A model generated the notes under the pieces. The model saw only the letters and a list, made by a program, of their open reading frames with translations. It was not told the origin of the DNA and ran no database searches. From Candidatus Saccharimonadota bacterium (GTDB lineage: Bacteria > Patescibacteriota > Saccharimonadia > Saccharimonadales > UBA10212): a DNA stretch of 28,907 nucleotides. Below, piece by piece: positions 15,314 through 25,278 of this stretch. Both the position numbers and the translations under genes were made by a program. How positions within the stretch are numbered: the stretch's first letter is position 1; every line of letters starts with the position of its first letter. The stretch is taken from the NCBI GenBank assembly GCA_043731125.1, contig JAYTJL010000038.1, positions 1 to 28,907 of the forward strand. The letters run 5' to 3'.

Positions 15314-16729
15314 TTAGCTAAAAAATATTGCGAAAATGGCTGCACCACCTGCCACAGTCATCAAACCTGTTATCAACCATCCCAGCCAGGTGGTGGACCG
15401 TTTGTTAACCCATTCACCCATTATTTTTTTGTTACTACTTATAATTACAATCAGTCCAAGAACGAGTGGCGCAACAATCCCGTTGGCGACGGCTGAATAT
15501 ATTAGCGCCTTAATAGGGTCGATACCAACAAAGTTAAGCGACAAACCGGCCAACACTGCAATAATAAGAACTCCGTAGAATGCATGTGCACTTTTTAGTT
15601 TTTTGTTAAGTCCACCGCTCCAGCGCATACTTTCGCTGACCGCATATGTTGCGGATCCTGCCAACACCGGTATAGCTAGCAGTCCCGTACCGATTATGCC
15701 TATTGCGAATAGCCAGTACGCTGCGTCCCCAGCAATTGGCCTTAGGGCATTCGCAGCATCTGCTGCAGTCTTAATTTCTGTGATGCCGCTGGGGAATAGT
15801 ACTGCGCCGCAAGCTAGAATAATAAAAAACATGACAAGGTTGGAAAGGAACATACCACTCCAAACATCCATACGCATATTAGTGACCTCTGCTTTATTGC
15901 TACCACGGCGGCTGGGGATGTTGGTCTTGCCTTGCTGTATTTGCTCTTCAACTTCTTGTGAGGTTTGCCAAAAGAAAAGGTAGGGAGAAATTGTGGTACC
16001 TAAAATAGCGCAGATCAGAATTATTTGTTCTTTACTCCATGTTATGGATGGCACGAACGTGTGGTGTAGGGCGCTTGCCCAGTCGAGGTTTTTAACTAGT
16101 AGTGCTGAGGCTATGTATGCCAATAAAACCAGGGCCAGCCATTTGAGATACCGGGCATATCTGGCATATGGAGTGAATATCTGCAGCCCAAGACTAAACA
16201 CAGCAAAGCCGATAACCAATATAGTGAAATTCAATTCCGGGTATAGAAGTTGTACCGCTTTGGCCATTGCACCTAAGTCGGCGCCAATGTTAAATGCGTT
16301 TGCAGCAAAAAGTAGCAGCGTTGCGGTATACAAAATTCTTTTGGAAAAATGAACACGGATGTTACCAGCCAGACCACGGCCGGTCACCAGTCCAATGCGC
16401 GCACACATTTCCTGAACGATTGCCATAAGAGGGAAGGTGACGGTTGACAGCCAAAGCAATTGAAAACCATACTGGGCGCCGGCTTGAGAATAGGTGGCAA
16501 TTCCTGAAGGGTCGTCGTCTGATGCGCCAGTTGTTAGGCCTGGGCCGAGGTTATGCCAGTAGTCCTTTGTTTTTTTGTAGGTCTTTTTTGTACCTTCCTC
16601 TAGGTTGTGGGCCGAAGGCATGGACTTTGCTGCATTCTTGGTTATCTCAATAGCGTCATCAAGCGCAATGGCTGGCGCTTCGACTATGCTTTCGAAAATT
16701 TGTTTATTCTTGGGACTTTTGTTTACCAC
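15314..16729 (-). CDS. NRAMP-family divalent metal transporter (MntH-like)
   Basis: GPGLTTGASDDDPSGIATYSQAGAQYG; ILGTTISPYLFFWQ; GTG start uncertain. Confidence 0.9.
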   Translation of the reverse strand: MVNKSPKNKQIFESIVEAPAIALDDAIEITKNAAKSMPSAHNLEEGTKKTYKKTKDYWHNLGPGLTTGASDDDPSGIATYSQAGAQYGFQLLWLSTVTFPLMAIVQEMCARIGLVTGRGLAGNIRVHFSKRILYTATLLLFAANAFNIGADLGAMAKAVQLLYPELNFTILVIGFAVFSLGLQIFTPYARYARYLKWLALVLLAYIASALLVKNLDWASALHHTFVPSITWSKEQIILICAILGTTISPYLFFWQTSQEVEEQIQQGKTNIPSRRGSNKAEVTNMRMDVWSGMFLSNLVMFFIILACGAVLFPSGITEIKTAADAANALRPIAGDAAYWLFAIGIIGTGLLAIPVLAGSATYAVSESMRWSGGLNKKLKSAHAFYGVLIIAVLAGLSLNFVGIDPIKALIYSAVANGIVAPLVLGLIVIISSNKKIMGEWVNKRSTTWLGWLITGLMTVAGGAAIFAIFFS

Positions 16730-16810
16730 GTGAGCAGTCAGTATATTTACTTATCTGCTTATGGTATATGTAACCGCCCCTGAATACAACTGTCTGTAGT
16801 TGACCGTGTA

Positions 16811-17482
16811 TTATTTTTTGTTTTGTTTGGCAACTTCGGCCAGAACAATGGCTGTTATTTTTTCAGCAGTTGGAAAGCCATTAGCACCAGCAAGGTCTTT
16901 GTTGTTGATGACTCTACCGTTTAGGAAAAAGGTAGGAGTAGCTTGTTGCTGACCAGTCTTTCCAAATGCCGTGATATCTGCATTTATGATGTCATTAACT
17001 TTTGCCGAAGCATAGTCAGTCTCAAATTTTGCAACATCCAACCCAAATTCCTTAGCATATGACTTGAAGAATTCCAGTGGCTTGGTAGAATTCGACCAAC
17101 TAGATTGATTTTCAAAAAGTTTGTTGTTCATTTCCCAAAATTTACCTTGCAAATGTGCGGCTTCGGCTGCACGTGCAGCTGCGAAGGCATTAGGATGTGG
17201 TCCGACTAGAGGTAAGTGGCGGAGTTGGTATTGGGCAACATCTTTAAAACCGTCAACTGCATCTTTTACTGGTTGATAATACAGCCCGCAAACTGGGCAC
17301 TGGTAATCAACATATTCCAAAAGAGTTACACCGCTAGCGGCATTACCAACAACATGGTTAGTAGGGGGCGTGCCAGACTTAGTGTCAGCGGTTTTGTTGT
17401 CGTTTGAGTTTTGTGAAATCACAAAAAATGCGCCGAAAGCGATGATAAGGCCACCCATGATACCCAAAAACCTTTTGTCCAT
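16811..17482 (-). CDS. DsbA-family thioredoxin-like protein, N-terminally anchored
   Basis: EYVDYQCPVC; RHLPL; AARAAEAA..GKFWEM; ATPTFFLNG; SD GGAG. Confidence 0.9.
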   Translation of the reverse strand: MDKRFLGIMGGLIIAFGAFFVISQNSNDNKTADTKSGTPPTNHVVGNAASGVTLLEYVDYQCPVCGLYYQPVKDAVDGFKDVAQYQLRHLPLVGPHPNAFAAARAAEAAHLQGKFWEMNNKLFENQSSWSNSTKPLEFFKSYAKEFGLDVAKFETDYASAKVNDIINADITAFGKTGQQQATPTFFLNGRVINNKDLAGANGFPTAEKITAIVLAEVAKQNKK

Positions 17483-17554
17483 AATTTCTCCGATTAGTTA
17501 ACTAGCAACTAGTTTATCACAGCGTCAATTTACCATCCGTTAAAAATCGGACCC

Positions 17555-17944
17555 CTAACCGATATCAATCTCGCCGTTTTCCCCGAATAGATGACGAGTA
17601 ACCGTAACGGTTGGTAGCAACCCACCTATAGCTTCTTCGGCCTTATTCAGGTATTCGGTGTGATCTGCAACTTCATCATTAACCTCACCAAATGCACCAC
17701 AATGCACATGATCCATTATGTGCACTACTTCAAAATTATGAAGGCTGTGGAGTAGATATATATTATCTAGCACTAGCCCATGGTCGGCGATTGCTTTTGA
17801 GGCACCAGGAAATACCAGCAGGTCGTAATAGTGACCTAATTTATCTGTAACTTTTCTGTAGGCATCTTGAAATCTTGGGTCTGAGCAGTGCACCACAAGT
17901 GCCTGGCTCTTCTTTGCATGCATATCAATAGGTGGATAGCTCAT
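17555..17944 (-). CDS. Small beta-class carbonic anhydrase-like protein
   Basis: VVHCSDPRFQ (C-x-D-x-R), FPGA, MDHVHCGAF (H-x-x-C). Confidence 0.8.
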   Translation of the reverse strand: MSYPPIDMHAKKSQALVVHCSDPRFQDAYRKVTDKLGHYYDLLVFPGASKAIADHGLVLDNIYLLHSLHNFEVVHIMDHVHCGAFGEVNDEVADHTEYLNKAEEAIGGLLPTVTVTRHLFGENGEIDIG

Positions 17945-17947
17945 GAT

Positions 17948-18841
17948 TTAGGCTGCCTTACCTATAATGTCTACAGAAATCTCTTTTTTCTTGCGACGCG
18001 TTTCTAGCCGTACTAAACCCTCATCTCCGTTGGTGATAACTGTTTGAGTGGCAGCGGAGCGCAGCATAGCTGCCCCAACAAGCCTGGGTAACATTTTTTT
18101 ACGGAAGTCATTTCCGGGGTTTTTAATATCGTGGACTATCGCGCCTAGACTATCGAAGTATGCCTGAGTGAAAGGGTCTTTGTTTACTCTGTCTTGCCCA
18201 ACGTTTGTTAGGTGACTAACAACATAAGCAGAAGCAATATTTTCTCCCTCCATCTCATTGTAATTTTTATGTTTTGGGTACAATCGTTTGATGAAGTCGA
18301 TTAAGTCGCGCTCTTCTGGCTGCTCGCCTGGAGTCATAATGCGCCCAACCTCTCCGCCAGCTTCTACAAGCTCGGAAATGATCTTGTCGCTTACACGGTC
18401 TTTATAGTAGATTTCTCTTCTCCAATCATCAACGGTATTTTCTGTGGCCAGAGAAGGCGCGCCGATTTCTTCATTGATGGCCTGTCGGAATTTCCAAAAC
18501 TTACAGTCTGGGTGTACGTCTAGCGTGCTGGTGTTTCTCTGGGAAGCATCATCAAAAAGCGCTGTTTGGATATTAATAAAGCTTCCCGTTAAAGCCATGT
18601 GTGCAAGTTGTCTATCATTGCCGATACCATAAGCACCACCTGGTGTTTGCAACTTATTGCGCTTACTTTTGCGGCATTCACATCGTGGGTCGATGCAGCC
18701 AATCATAAATTGCTTTGTATCGGCTGTAACAACAAATGGCACATAGCTTTTTTTCGTGTCACTAAAATATCTAATAGCTGCGTTAGTTCGATCTTCTAGT
18801 GTATGTTGCTCATTTAAGCGTATGGTCTCTGGTTTGCTCAC
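17948..18841 (-). CDS. Divergent carbonic-anhydrase-like protein (zeta/cadmium-CA-like motif spacing)
   Basis: GCIDPRC, TPGGAYG, VHPDCKF preserve the Cys-x-Asp-x-Arg and His-x2-Cys ligand set; SD-like GGAAGG before GTG. Confidence 0.5.
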   Translation of the reverse strand: MSKPETIRLNEQHTLEDRTNAAIRYFSDTKKSYVPFVVTADTKQFMIGCIDPRCECRKSKRNKLQTPGGAYGIGNDRQLAHMALTGSFINIQTALFDDASQRNTSTLDVHPDCKFWKFRQAINEEIGAPSLATENTVDDWRREIYYKDRVSDKIISELVEAGGEVGRIMTPGEQPEERDLIDFIKRLYPKHKNYNEMEGENIASAYVVSHLTNVGQDRVNKDPFTQAYFDSLGAIVHDIKNPGNDFRKKMLPRLVGAAMLRSAATQTVITNGDEGLVRLETRRKKKEISVDIIGKAA

Positions 18842-19050
18842 GAGAAATAACCTTCCTGTATTGGAAAGGAGCTGGGAGATATGTATCTGGCAAGCACCTT
18901 AATCTTATTTGTACAATCCAATATTTTACTCCTTTCTACAAGTTTGTAAAGGACTTTTTGTGATTTTTGTCACAGAGGCTTAACGTACCAATTTAAAACA
19001 TAAAGATTATTTGTAGATATTCTTCACTCGGCTGGCGTAATATATAGGTA

Positions 19051-20094
19051 ATGTATATATTCACAACCTTCTTGTTGGTTTGGTTTTTGGCAACATGTTT
19101 GGTGATTGGAAAGACTAGCCGCGCGGCAGTACACAAATGTCAGCGGGGAAGCAGTGATGAATTAATAAAGTGCGAAAAATTATTTAGCTACTCAGCTAGT
19201 GTTAAATGGATGGTATGGCTGGGCGGGGTATTGTCAGCAACTGCACTATTCGGACGATCCTACAGCAAATATTGGTGGCTGGCGGCAATACTGGTGCTGG
19301 TTGTGACCGGGGTACTATTTATATGGCATCCAAAAAAGGCTGGTGGGTGGAATTGGCGTTACTGCGCTCTTCTATCCGTGCCATTAACCAAACTATTTTC
19401 ATACACCGAAGTTGTGCTTGGTAGGTCCGTGTGGTTAACAAATAAATTATGGCCAGTTAGCTTGCACGCTGGTATTTATGAAAAACAAGACTTAGCCAAT
19501 TTGATAGTCGCGCAGAAGGATTTACCTGAAAATCAAATTTCAGAGACAGACCTGAGGGTGGCTTATGGCGGGCTGATGTTTGGTGACATGAAAGTCTCGC
19601 AAGTTATGACACCGGCCCGGAAAGTAAAAACTATAGACAGTAGCGAGCCAATTAGCCCACATTTGATGGACGAGTTATACGCCAGTGGTTTTTCGCGGTT
19701 TCCTGTAATTGTTAGTGGTGGGAGGTTTATATCTAAAGATGTTGTTGGCACTCTTTATATCCGCGATCTAATAAAAAGTTCTAAGGCAGAGCTGGTGTCC
19801 GATGTTATGGAAAGGGATGCAGCATTTATAAATGAGAAGAGTAGTCTACGGCAAACCTTGGATGCATTTGTGAAGACCCATCATCACCTGCTAGTGGTTG
19901 TTAATAGCTTCGAGGAAGTTGTTGGAATTATTAGTATAGAGGACGTTATAGAGCAGATAGTTGGTACAAAAATTTTGGACGAATTTGACCAGTATGATGA
20001 CTTGCGTGCGGTGGCAGCCCAGGAAGCCAGCCATGATGCTAAGCACAATAGAGCCACAAGCACTAAACACGCAGACGAAACAGTGGTAGAATGA
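19051..20094 (+). CDS. CBS-pair protein with degenerate CNNM (DUF21) N-terminus (CorC/HlyC family)
   Basis: FGDMKVSQVMTP, SGFSRFPV, VVGTLYIRDL, HHHLLVVVNSFEEVVGIISIEDVIEQIVG.KILDEFD. Confidence 0.85.
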   Translation: MYIFTTFLLVWFLATCLVIGKTSRAAVHKCQRGSSDELIKCEKLFSYSASVKWMVWLGGVLSATALFGRSYSKYWWLAAILVLVVTGVLFIWHPKKAGGWNWRYCALLSVPLTKLFSYTEVVLGRSVWLTNKLWPVSLHAGIYEKQDLANLIVAQKDLPENQISETDLRVAYGGLMFGDMKVSQVMTPARKVKTIDSSEPISPHLMDELYASGFSRFPVIVSGGRFISKDVVGTLYIRDLIKSSKAELVSDVMERDAAFINEKSSLRQTLDAFVKTHHHLLVVVNSFEEVVGIISIEDVIEQIVGTKILDEFDQYDDLRAVAAQEASHDAKHNRATSTKHADETVVE

Positions 20095-20112
20095 CTCTCA
20101 TAGGCATGGGAG

Positions 20113-20165
20113 AATTTTCAATTTTCAATTTTCAATTTTCAATGAATGTTCAATCATCAATTTTC
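20113..20165 (+). repeat. Heptamer tandem repeat: (AATTTTC)x4 perfect plus degenerate copies
   Basis: AATTTTC x4 at 20113-20140, then aatgaat, aatcatc, aattttc. Confidence 0.9.
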
Positions 20166-20221
20166 AAAACAGCCGCCCTGGATGTAACCCCAAGCAAGCT
20201 GTCTGAAAGTGAGATTTATTG

Positions 20222-21979
20222 ATGAATCGGTCTTTTGCTGCAGGCACTGTCAAACTTGTTGGTGAACAGGTGTTGGTAAAAGGCTGGGTGCATTCGCGCC
20301 GCGACCACGGTGGACTTATATTTATAGACTTGCGTGACCATACCGGGCTTGTTCAGTTGGTGGTAAAACCAGAGAGTGTTGAAAGTTTTAAAAGTGCCGA
20401 AGATGTACGTGACGAATTTGTTATTAGTGCTGAAGGTACTGTTGCTGATAGAGAAGAAGGGCTAAAAAACCCCAACATTGCAACTGGTGGTATTGAAATT
20501 AACGTTGCAAAACTGGTGGTTTTGAATAAATCAGAAGCTTTGCCCATTCAAATCAATGCAGACCAAAATGTAGGCGAAGACCAGCGGCTTAAATATAGGT
20601 TTTTGGATTTGCGCCGGCCAAAGATGCAGGAAAACCTAAAAAAACGCGCGCGTTATTACAAATTCATTCGTGATTATATGGAATCTAAAGAATTTACTGA
20701 AGTTACAACCCCCATTTTAGCCAACTCCAGCCCAGAAGGTGCCCGTGACTTTTTGGTGCCGTCGCGCGTACATCCCGGAAAGTTTTATGCCTTGCCGCAA
20801 GCGCCTCAGCAGTTTAAACAACTTCTAATGGTTGGCGGCTTGCCGCGCTATTACCAAATCGCTACTTGCTTCCGTGATGAAGACCCAAGAGCCGACAGAT
20901 TGTACGGTGACTTTTACCAACTAGACCTGGAAATGAGTTTTGTGGAAGACGGCGAAGAAGTACGTAGCACTATGGAACCGCTGATTGTTGGACTGGTTAA
21001 AGACTTTGGTGGTATGAAACTAATCAGCGAAGAAATTCCACGCATTCCATATGCCGAGGCAATGGAAAAATACGGTAGCGACAAACCAGACTTGAGGTTT
21101 GGTATGGAGTTGGTGGAACTATCTGATGAACTCAATAATACCGAGTTTAGTGTTTTTAAAAATGCCATAGACGGCGACGGCTGTGTGAAAGCCATCTGCG
21201 TTAAGGATGCGGCCAGTCTCAGTCGGTCGCAAATCGATAATTTCACGGAAATTGCTAAAGCAGAAGGAGCAGGCGGGCTGGCCTACATTACATACGAAGG
21301 CGGCGAAGCCAAATCGCCAATAGCTAAATTCTTGAGTGCCGAAGAACTTGAGGCTATCAAATCCAAAACCGGGGCAAGCGACGGCGACGGAGTATTTTTT
21401 GGTGCTGACGAGAGAGGCAAAGTAAATAAAGTTCTTGGTAGGCTGCGTAGTGAGTTTGCCGACCACTTCAAATTGAAAGACCCAAATGTTGTAGCGCTAG
21501 CCTGGATAGTGGACTTTCCATTTTACGAGTGGGACGACAAGGCAAATAAATTAGACTTTGGTCACAATCCATTTTCTATGCCAAAAGGCGGGCTGGAGAG
21601 CCTAGCGAGCGAGGACAAACTCAGCATTTTAGCCGACCAATACGACATGGTAATGAATGGCTACGAAATATGCAGTGGCGGAGTGCGCAACCACAACCCA
21701 GAAGTGCTTTATAAAGTCTTTGAGACGCTTGGCCACGACAGGGAATACGTAGACGCTAAATTCGGAGGCATGTTAAATGCCTTCAAATACGGCGCCCCGC
21801 CTCACGCCGGCTGTGCCTTTGGCATAGACCGTATATTCATGGTGCTGGTAGGGGAAAGTAACATCCGTGAAGTCGTAGCATTTCCTAAAAACGGTGCAGG
21901 TGTAGATGTAATGATGAACTCGCCCAGCACTGTAGACGATCAGCAACTAAAAGACCTCAACATAACAACCATCGAATAA
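20222..21979 (+). CDS. aspS: Aspartyl-tRNA synthetase, non-discriminating type (Asp/Asn)
   Basis: GWVHSRRDHGGLIFIDLRD, LKYRFLDLRR, PEGARDFLVPSR, QAPQQFKQLLM, CFRDEDPRADR, GAPPHAGCAFGIDR. Confidence 0.97.
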   Translation: MNRSFAAGTVKLVGEQVLVKGWVHSRRDHGGLIFIDLRDHTGLVQLVVKPESVESFKSAEDVRDEFVISAEGTVADREEGLKNPNIATGGIEINVAKLVVLNKSEALPIQINADQNVGEDQRLKYRFLDLRRPKMQENLKKRARYYKFIRDYMESKEFTEVTTPILANSSPEGARDFLVPSRVHPGKFYALPQAPQQFKQLLMVGGLPRYYQIATCFRDEDPRADRLYGDFYQLDLEMSFVEDGEEVRSTMEPLIVGLVKDFGGMKLISEEIPRIPYAEAMEKYGSDKPDLRFGMELVELSDELNNTEFSVFKNAIDGDGCVKAICVKDAASLSRSQIDNFTEIAKAEGAGGLAYITYEGGEAKSPIAKFLSAEELEAIKSKTGASDGDGVFFGADERGKVNKVLGRLRSEFADHFKLKDPNVVALAWIVDFPFYEWDDKANKLDFGHNPFSMPKGGLESLASEDKLSILADQYDMVMNGYEICSGGVRNHNPEVLYKVFETLGHDREYVDAKFGGMLNAFKYGAPPHAGCAFGIDRIFMVLVGESNIREVVAFPKNGAGVDVMMNSPSTVDDQQLKDLNITTIE

Positions 21980-22000
21980 AATGAGAGTTTTGGTTTTTGG

Positions 22001-22804
22001 ATGAGTGATAAGTATTCTACTAAGAATAGGCATGGGCTCAAGCTGGTTATTCAAGTAGATAAGCCAGATAATCCTACTAATTTAGCATTCATCGCTCACG
22101 GGCAGGGTGGTTTTAAAGAGCAAGAGCATATTCAAGCTTTTGCTGATGTTTTTTTGGAAAATAAATTCCGAGTTGTTCGTTTTGATGCGACACATTCCAT
22201 AGGTGAAAGTGAAGGCGATATTATGGATGTTACATACACTAGCTACATTGAAGACCTGGAAGACGTAATTAACTGGGCGCGAACCAAAGAATGGTTTCAT
22301 CAGCCCTTCGCGCTTTGCGGTCACAGCATGGGAGGTACATCGACTGCATGGTACGCTCAGCATCATGCGGAGGAAATTCTTTGCGTTGCGCCACTAGCCG
22401 CAGTGGTTAATTTTGAAGTCTATGATAAATTCAAGAAAAAACAGGATCCTGGTTTCATGGAGGCATGGAAAGAGAAGGGGTATTTTGAGAGTGAGAGTCG
22501 GTCAAAGCCAGGCGTTATAAAAAAGGTTGGCTGGGGCGTTTCTGAAGATCTTAAAAAGTATGATCTACTAGTTGATGCAAAAAAGCTTACTATGCCGGTG
22601 TTGTTAATGGCTGGAGACCATGACACCTCTACACCATACGAACATCAGGAATTGTTATATGAAAAGATTCCATCTTCCAATAAGAAGCTAGTGAAGATTG
22701 AAAACGCCGATCATGGCCTTTGGAGAGAAGGAGTTGGCGATAAAAAATACGACGATGCTAAATCCGCAATCAACAATTGGCTAAAGGATCTAATAGATAC
22801 TTAA
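22001..22804 (+). CDS. Alpha/beta hydrolase
   Basis: AHGQGG oxyanion motif, GHSMGG nucleophile, AGDHD acid, ADH histidine. Confidence 0.9.
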   Translation: MSDKYSTKNRHGLKLVIQVDKPDNPTNLAFIAHGQGGFKEQEHIQAFADVFLENKFRVVRFDATHSIGESEGDIMDVTYTSYIEDLEDVINWARTKEWFHQPFALCGHSMGGTSTAWYAQHHAEEILCVAPLAAVVNFEVYDKFKKKQDPGFMEAWKEKGYFESESRSKPGVIKKVGWGVSEDLKKYDLLVDAKKLTMPVLLMAGDHDTSTPYEHQELLYEKIPSSNKKLVKIENADHGLWREGVGDKKYDDAKSAINNWLKDLIDT

Positions 22805-22823
22805 CAAGTCAAGTATTTTAGAG

Positions 22824-23408
22824 ATGAGTTATTTTACGGAAAGTTTTGATGAAAAGGTGGTTGAACTGCTGAATGGCGGTGGAGTTGGTTTTATGCCCAG
22901 TGACACGGTGTATGGGTTATCGGCACGTGCATTGGACAAGGTGGCCGTGGAGAAGATATATCATTTGAAACAGCGCGACGATGGTAAGCCGTGTATTGTT
23001 CTATTATCTAGTGTAGATCAAGCAACACAACTAATGATCGACCCGAAAGATCTTGAGCCAGTTGCTACGTATTGGCCGGCGCCGTTGACGCTGATAGCTC
23101 CAGCTGAGAATTCGCCTGAGTATTTGCATCGAGGCTTGGAGTCGCTAGCGGTCAGGGTCCCAGACAGTGAAGATTTGCGCGGTTTGATTGCAATAACTGG
23201 ACCACTTGTAAGCACCAGTGCAAATATTCAGGACCAACCAATTGCGCGTACTCCCCAACAAGCCCAAGAGGTGTTTGGAGATTATTTGGATTTTTATATT
23301 GACGCTGGAGAACTTAGCGGTGAACCGTCTACTGTATTGAAGTTTGCTGACGGCAGGCTACAAATAGTACGTCCGGGTGCTTGGCAAATGCCACCGCAAC
23401 CCCTATAG
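22824..23408 (+). CDS. tsaC: L-threonylcarbamoyladenylate synthase (TsaC/YrdC/Sua5-N)
   Basis: PSDTVYGL, KQRDDGKP, YWPAPLT, AVRVP, STSAN, PSTV..RPGA. Confidence 0.93.
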   Translation: MSYFTESFDEKVVELLNGGGVGFMPSDTVYGLSARALDKVAVEKIYHLKQRDDGKPCIVLLSSVDQATQLMIDPKDLEPVATYWPAPLTLIAPAENSPEYLHRGLESLAVRVPDSEDLRGLIAITGPLVSTSANIQDQPIARTPQQAQEVFGDYLDFYIDAGELSGEPSTVLKFADGRLQIVRPGAWQMPPQPL

Positions 23409-23419
23409 TTTAGGTACTA

Positions 23420-25192
23420 ATGGCAACTGATAAAAACCTACAAGAAATTCCAGAAGACGCGCTCGAAGAAAAGACTTCTCCAGAACCGACAGAAGAGCCC
23501 AAGGCTAAGAAAATAAAAGTCAACGGTACGTCGCCCGCTAAAAAGTTTAAAACTTGGTTTGTTGGTAATAAAAAGCTATCAATACCGCTAACGGGAATTT
23601 TTGTATTTGCCGTGCTGATGGCTGTGCCGTTCACCCGCTACGCGGTAGCCGGTACTATTATCAAAAAAGACGTAACAGTGAGTGTCAGAGACAGTAAAAC
23701 TGGTGGCGTAGTCAGTAGTGCGTACGTTAGCATAGGCACTAAAGTGGCCGAAACCAACGGGCAGGGAGAGGCACTGGTGAAGAGCGTTTCACTTGGTAAC
23801 AAGACTATAAAAGTAACCAAAGACTATTATAAGGACGCTACCACCAACTATACGGTTGGATTTTCTGGTACTCACCAGGCTACCGTTAAGACTGAATCTA
23901 CTGGCCGTCAAACTCAACTGCATGTTGTAAATAGCGTTGACGGTACCCCTGTACCTGAAGTTGAAGTAGTTAGCGGTGGTAGCCTTGGTAAGACAGATAG
24001 CAAGGGAATGGTGACAATTGTTGTACCAGCTGGTCAGTCATCTAAGAAAGTTACACTTAGCCTTGATGGTTATAATGACCAAGAAGTCGTAGTTAAAGCT
24101 AGCGACGACAAAGTTATACAGAACGAGTTTACGATTACCCCATCGGGCAAGATATATTTTCTCTCAAAACTTTCTGGCAAAATTGACCTGGTAAAAACCA
24201 ATTTGGACGGAAGTAGTCGCGAGACTATATTTGCAGGCACCGGAAAAGAAGACGATATTGGTACAGTACTGCTGGCAAACCGGAGCTGGAAATACTTGGC
24301 GCTACTCTCCAAGCACGACAGTGACTTGGCTAAGCTGTACTTAGTGGATACAAGCAACGACAAAGTAACCGTAATGGACGAAGGTAACGCCGGCTTTACG
24401 CTTGCTGGATGGGACGGGGACTCATTTATATATAAAGTATCGCGAAATGCTTATAGTGAATGGCAAAGCAAAAAACACGTAATAAAAAGTTTTGATGCCG
24501 AGAGCAAGACAATTACGGCGCTAGACCAGACAGATGCATCTGGGAATGCCGGAAGTTACATCCAAGAAAACATTGGCGATATCTACGCCTTAGCTGACGG
24601 GTCTATTGTCTATACCAAAATATGGTATGACTACCCGTACGGAAATGAGTCAAAACTAGGTGGCAAGAGTAATGGGATATACAGTATTAGATCTGACGGT
24701 AGTGGAAAGAGGACTCTAAAGACAATCGACGCACAAACAGGCGGGTATATTACAGTCAGCCCAAGCAAGCCGAACGAATTATATTTTTACTACTACAACA
24801 GTGGAGATTCGACCGCTAATTACCTTGAATATAGCAATGGAGCACTGGAAGATTCCACAGAAAAGGATTTCCCAGAGGGAGGGGTGTACAACACCTATCT
24901 GCTTTCTCCAGACGGCAACAAAAACTTCTGGAGTGAGTCACGTGACGGTAAGAATACTTTAATAGTAGGAGACGGTGAAGGCGATAATGGTAAAACAATC
25001 GCTCGTCTTAGCGATTACCAGACCTATGGTTGGTATACGAGCGAGTATTTATTGGTCAGCAAAAACAGCAGTGAATTTTTTGTCATGCCGGTCAGTGGAC
25101 TAGGTAAAGACAGATCGCCTCTGAAAATAAGCGACTATCACAAACCCGCCCAAAGTTATTTCGGGTATGGAGGAGGATATGGAGGAATCTAG
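23420..25192 (+). CDS. Membrane-anchored surface protein with carboxypeptidase-regulatory/PEGA-like Ig domains and a TolB-like beta-propeller
   Basis: Single TM at about aa 53-70; VSSAYVSIG..TNGQGEA and TDSKGMVT repeats; KTNLDGSSRE, IRSDGSGKR, LLSPDGNK; C-terminus YFGYGGGYGGI. Confidence 0.6.
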   Translation: MATDKNLQEIPEDALEEKTSPEPTEEPKAKKIKVNGTSPAKKFKTWFVGNKKLSIPLTGIFVFAVLMAVPFTRYAVAGTIIKKDVTVSVRDSKTGGVVSSAYVSIGTKVAETNGQGEALVKSVSLGNKTIKVTKDYYKDATTNYTVGFSGTHQATVKTESTGRQTQLHVVNSVDGTPVPEVEVVSGGSLGKTDSKGMVTIVVPAGQSSKKVTLSLDGYNDQEVVVKASDDKVIQNEFTITPSGKIYFLSKLSGKIDLVKTNLDGSSRETIFAGTGKEDDIGTVLLANRSWKYLALLSKHDSDLAKLYLVDTSNDKVTVMDEGNAGFTLAGWDGDSFIYKVSRNAYSEWQSKKHVIKSFDAESKTITALDQTDASGNAGSYIQENIGDIYALADGSIVYTKIWYDYPYGNESKLGGKSNGIYSIRSDGSGKRTLKTIDAQTGGYITVSPSKPNELYFYYYNSGDSTANYLEYSNGALEDSTEKDFPEGGVYNTYLLSPDGNKNFWSESRDGKNTLIVGDGEGDNGKTIARLSDYQTYGWYTSEYLLVSKNSSEFFVMPVSGLGKDRSPLKISDYHKPAQSYFGYGGGYGGI

Positions 25193-25199
25193 CCGAAAT

Positions 25200-25260
25200 A
25201 TTTTTCATTTAACATTTTTCAGGTACCATTTATTTAACAGGTTTCATTTACAATTTATTC
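25200..25260 (+). repeat. Degenerate 7-nt-period tract (TTT[AT]CA[TG]-like)
   Basis: ttttcat ttaacat ttttcag gtaccat ttat ttaacag gtttcat ttacaat. Confidence 0.55.
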
Positions 25261-25278
25261 ACAACGCGAGGTCTATGT

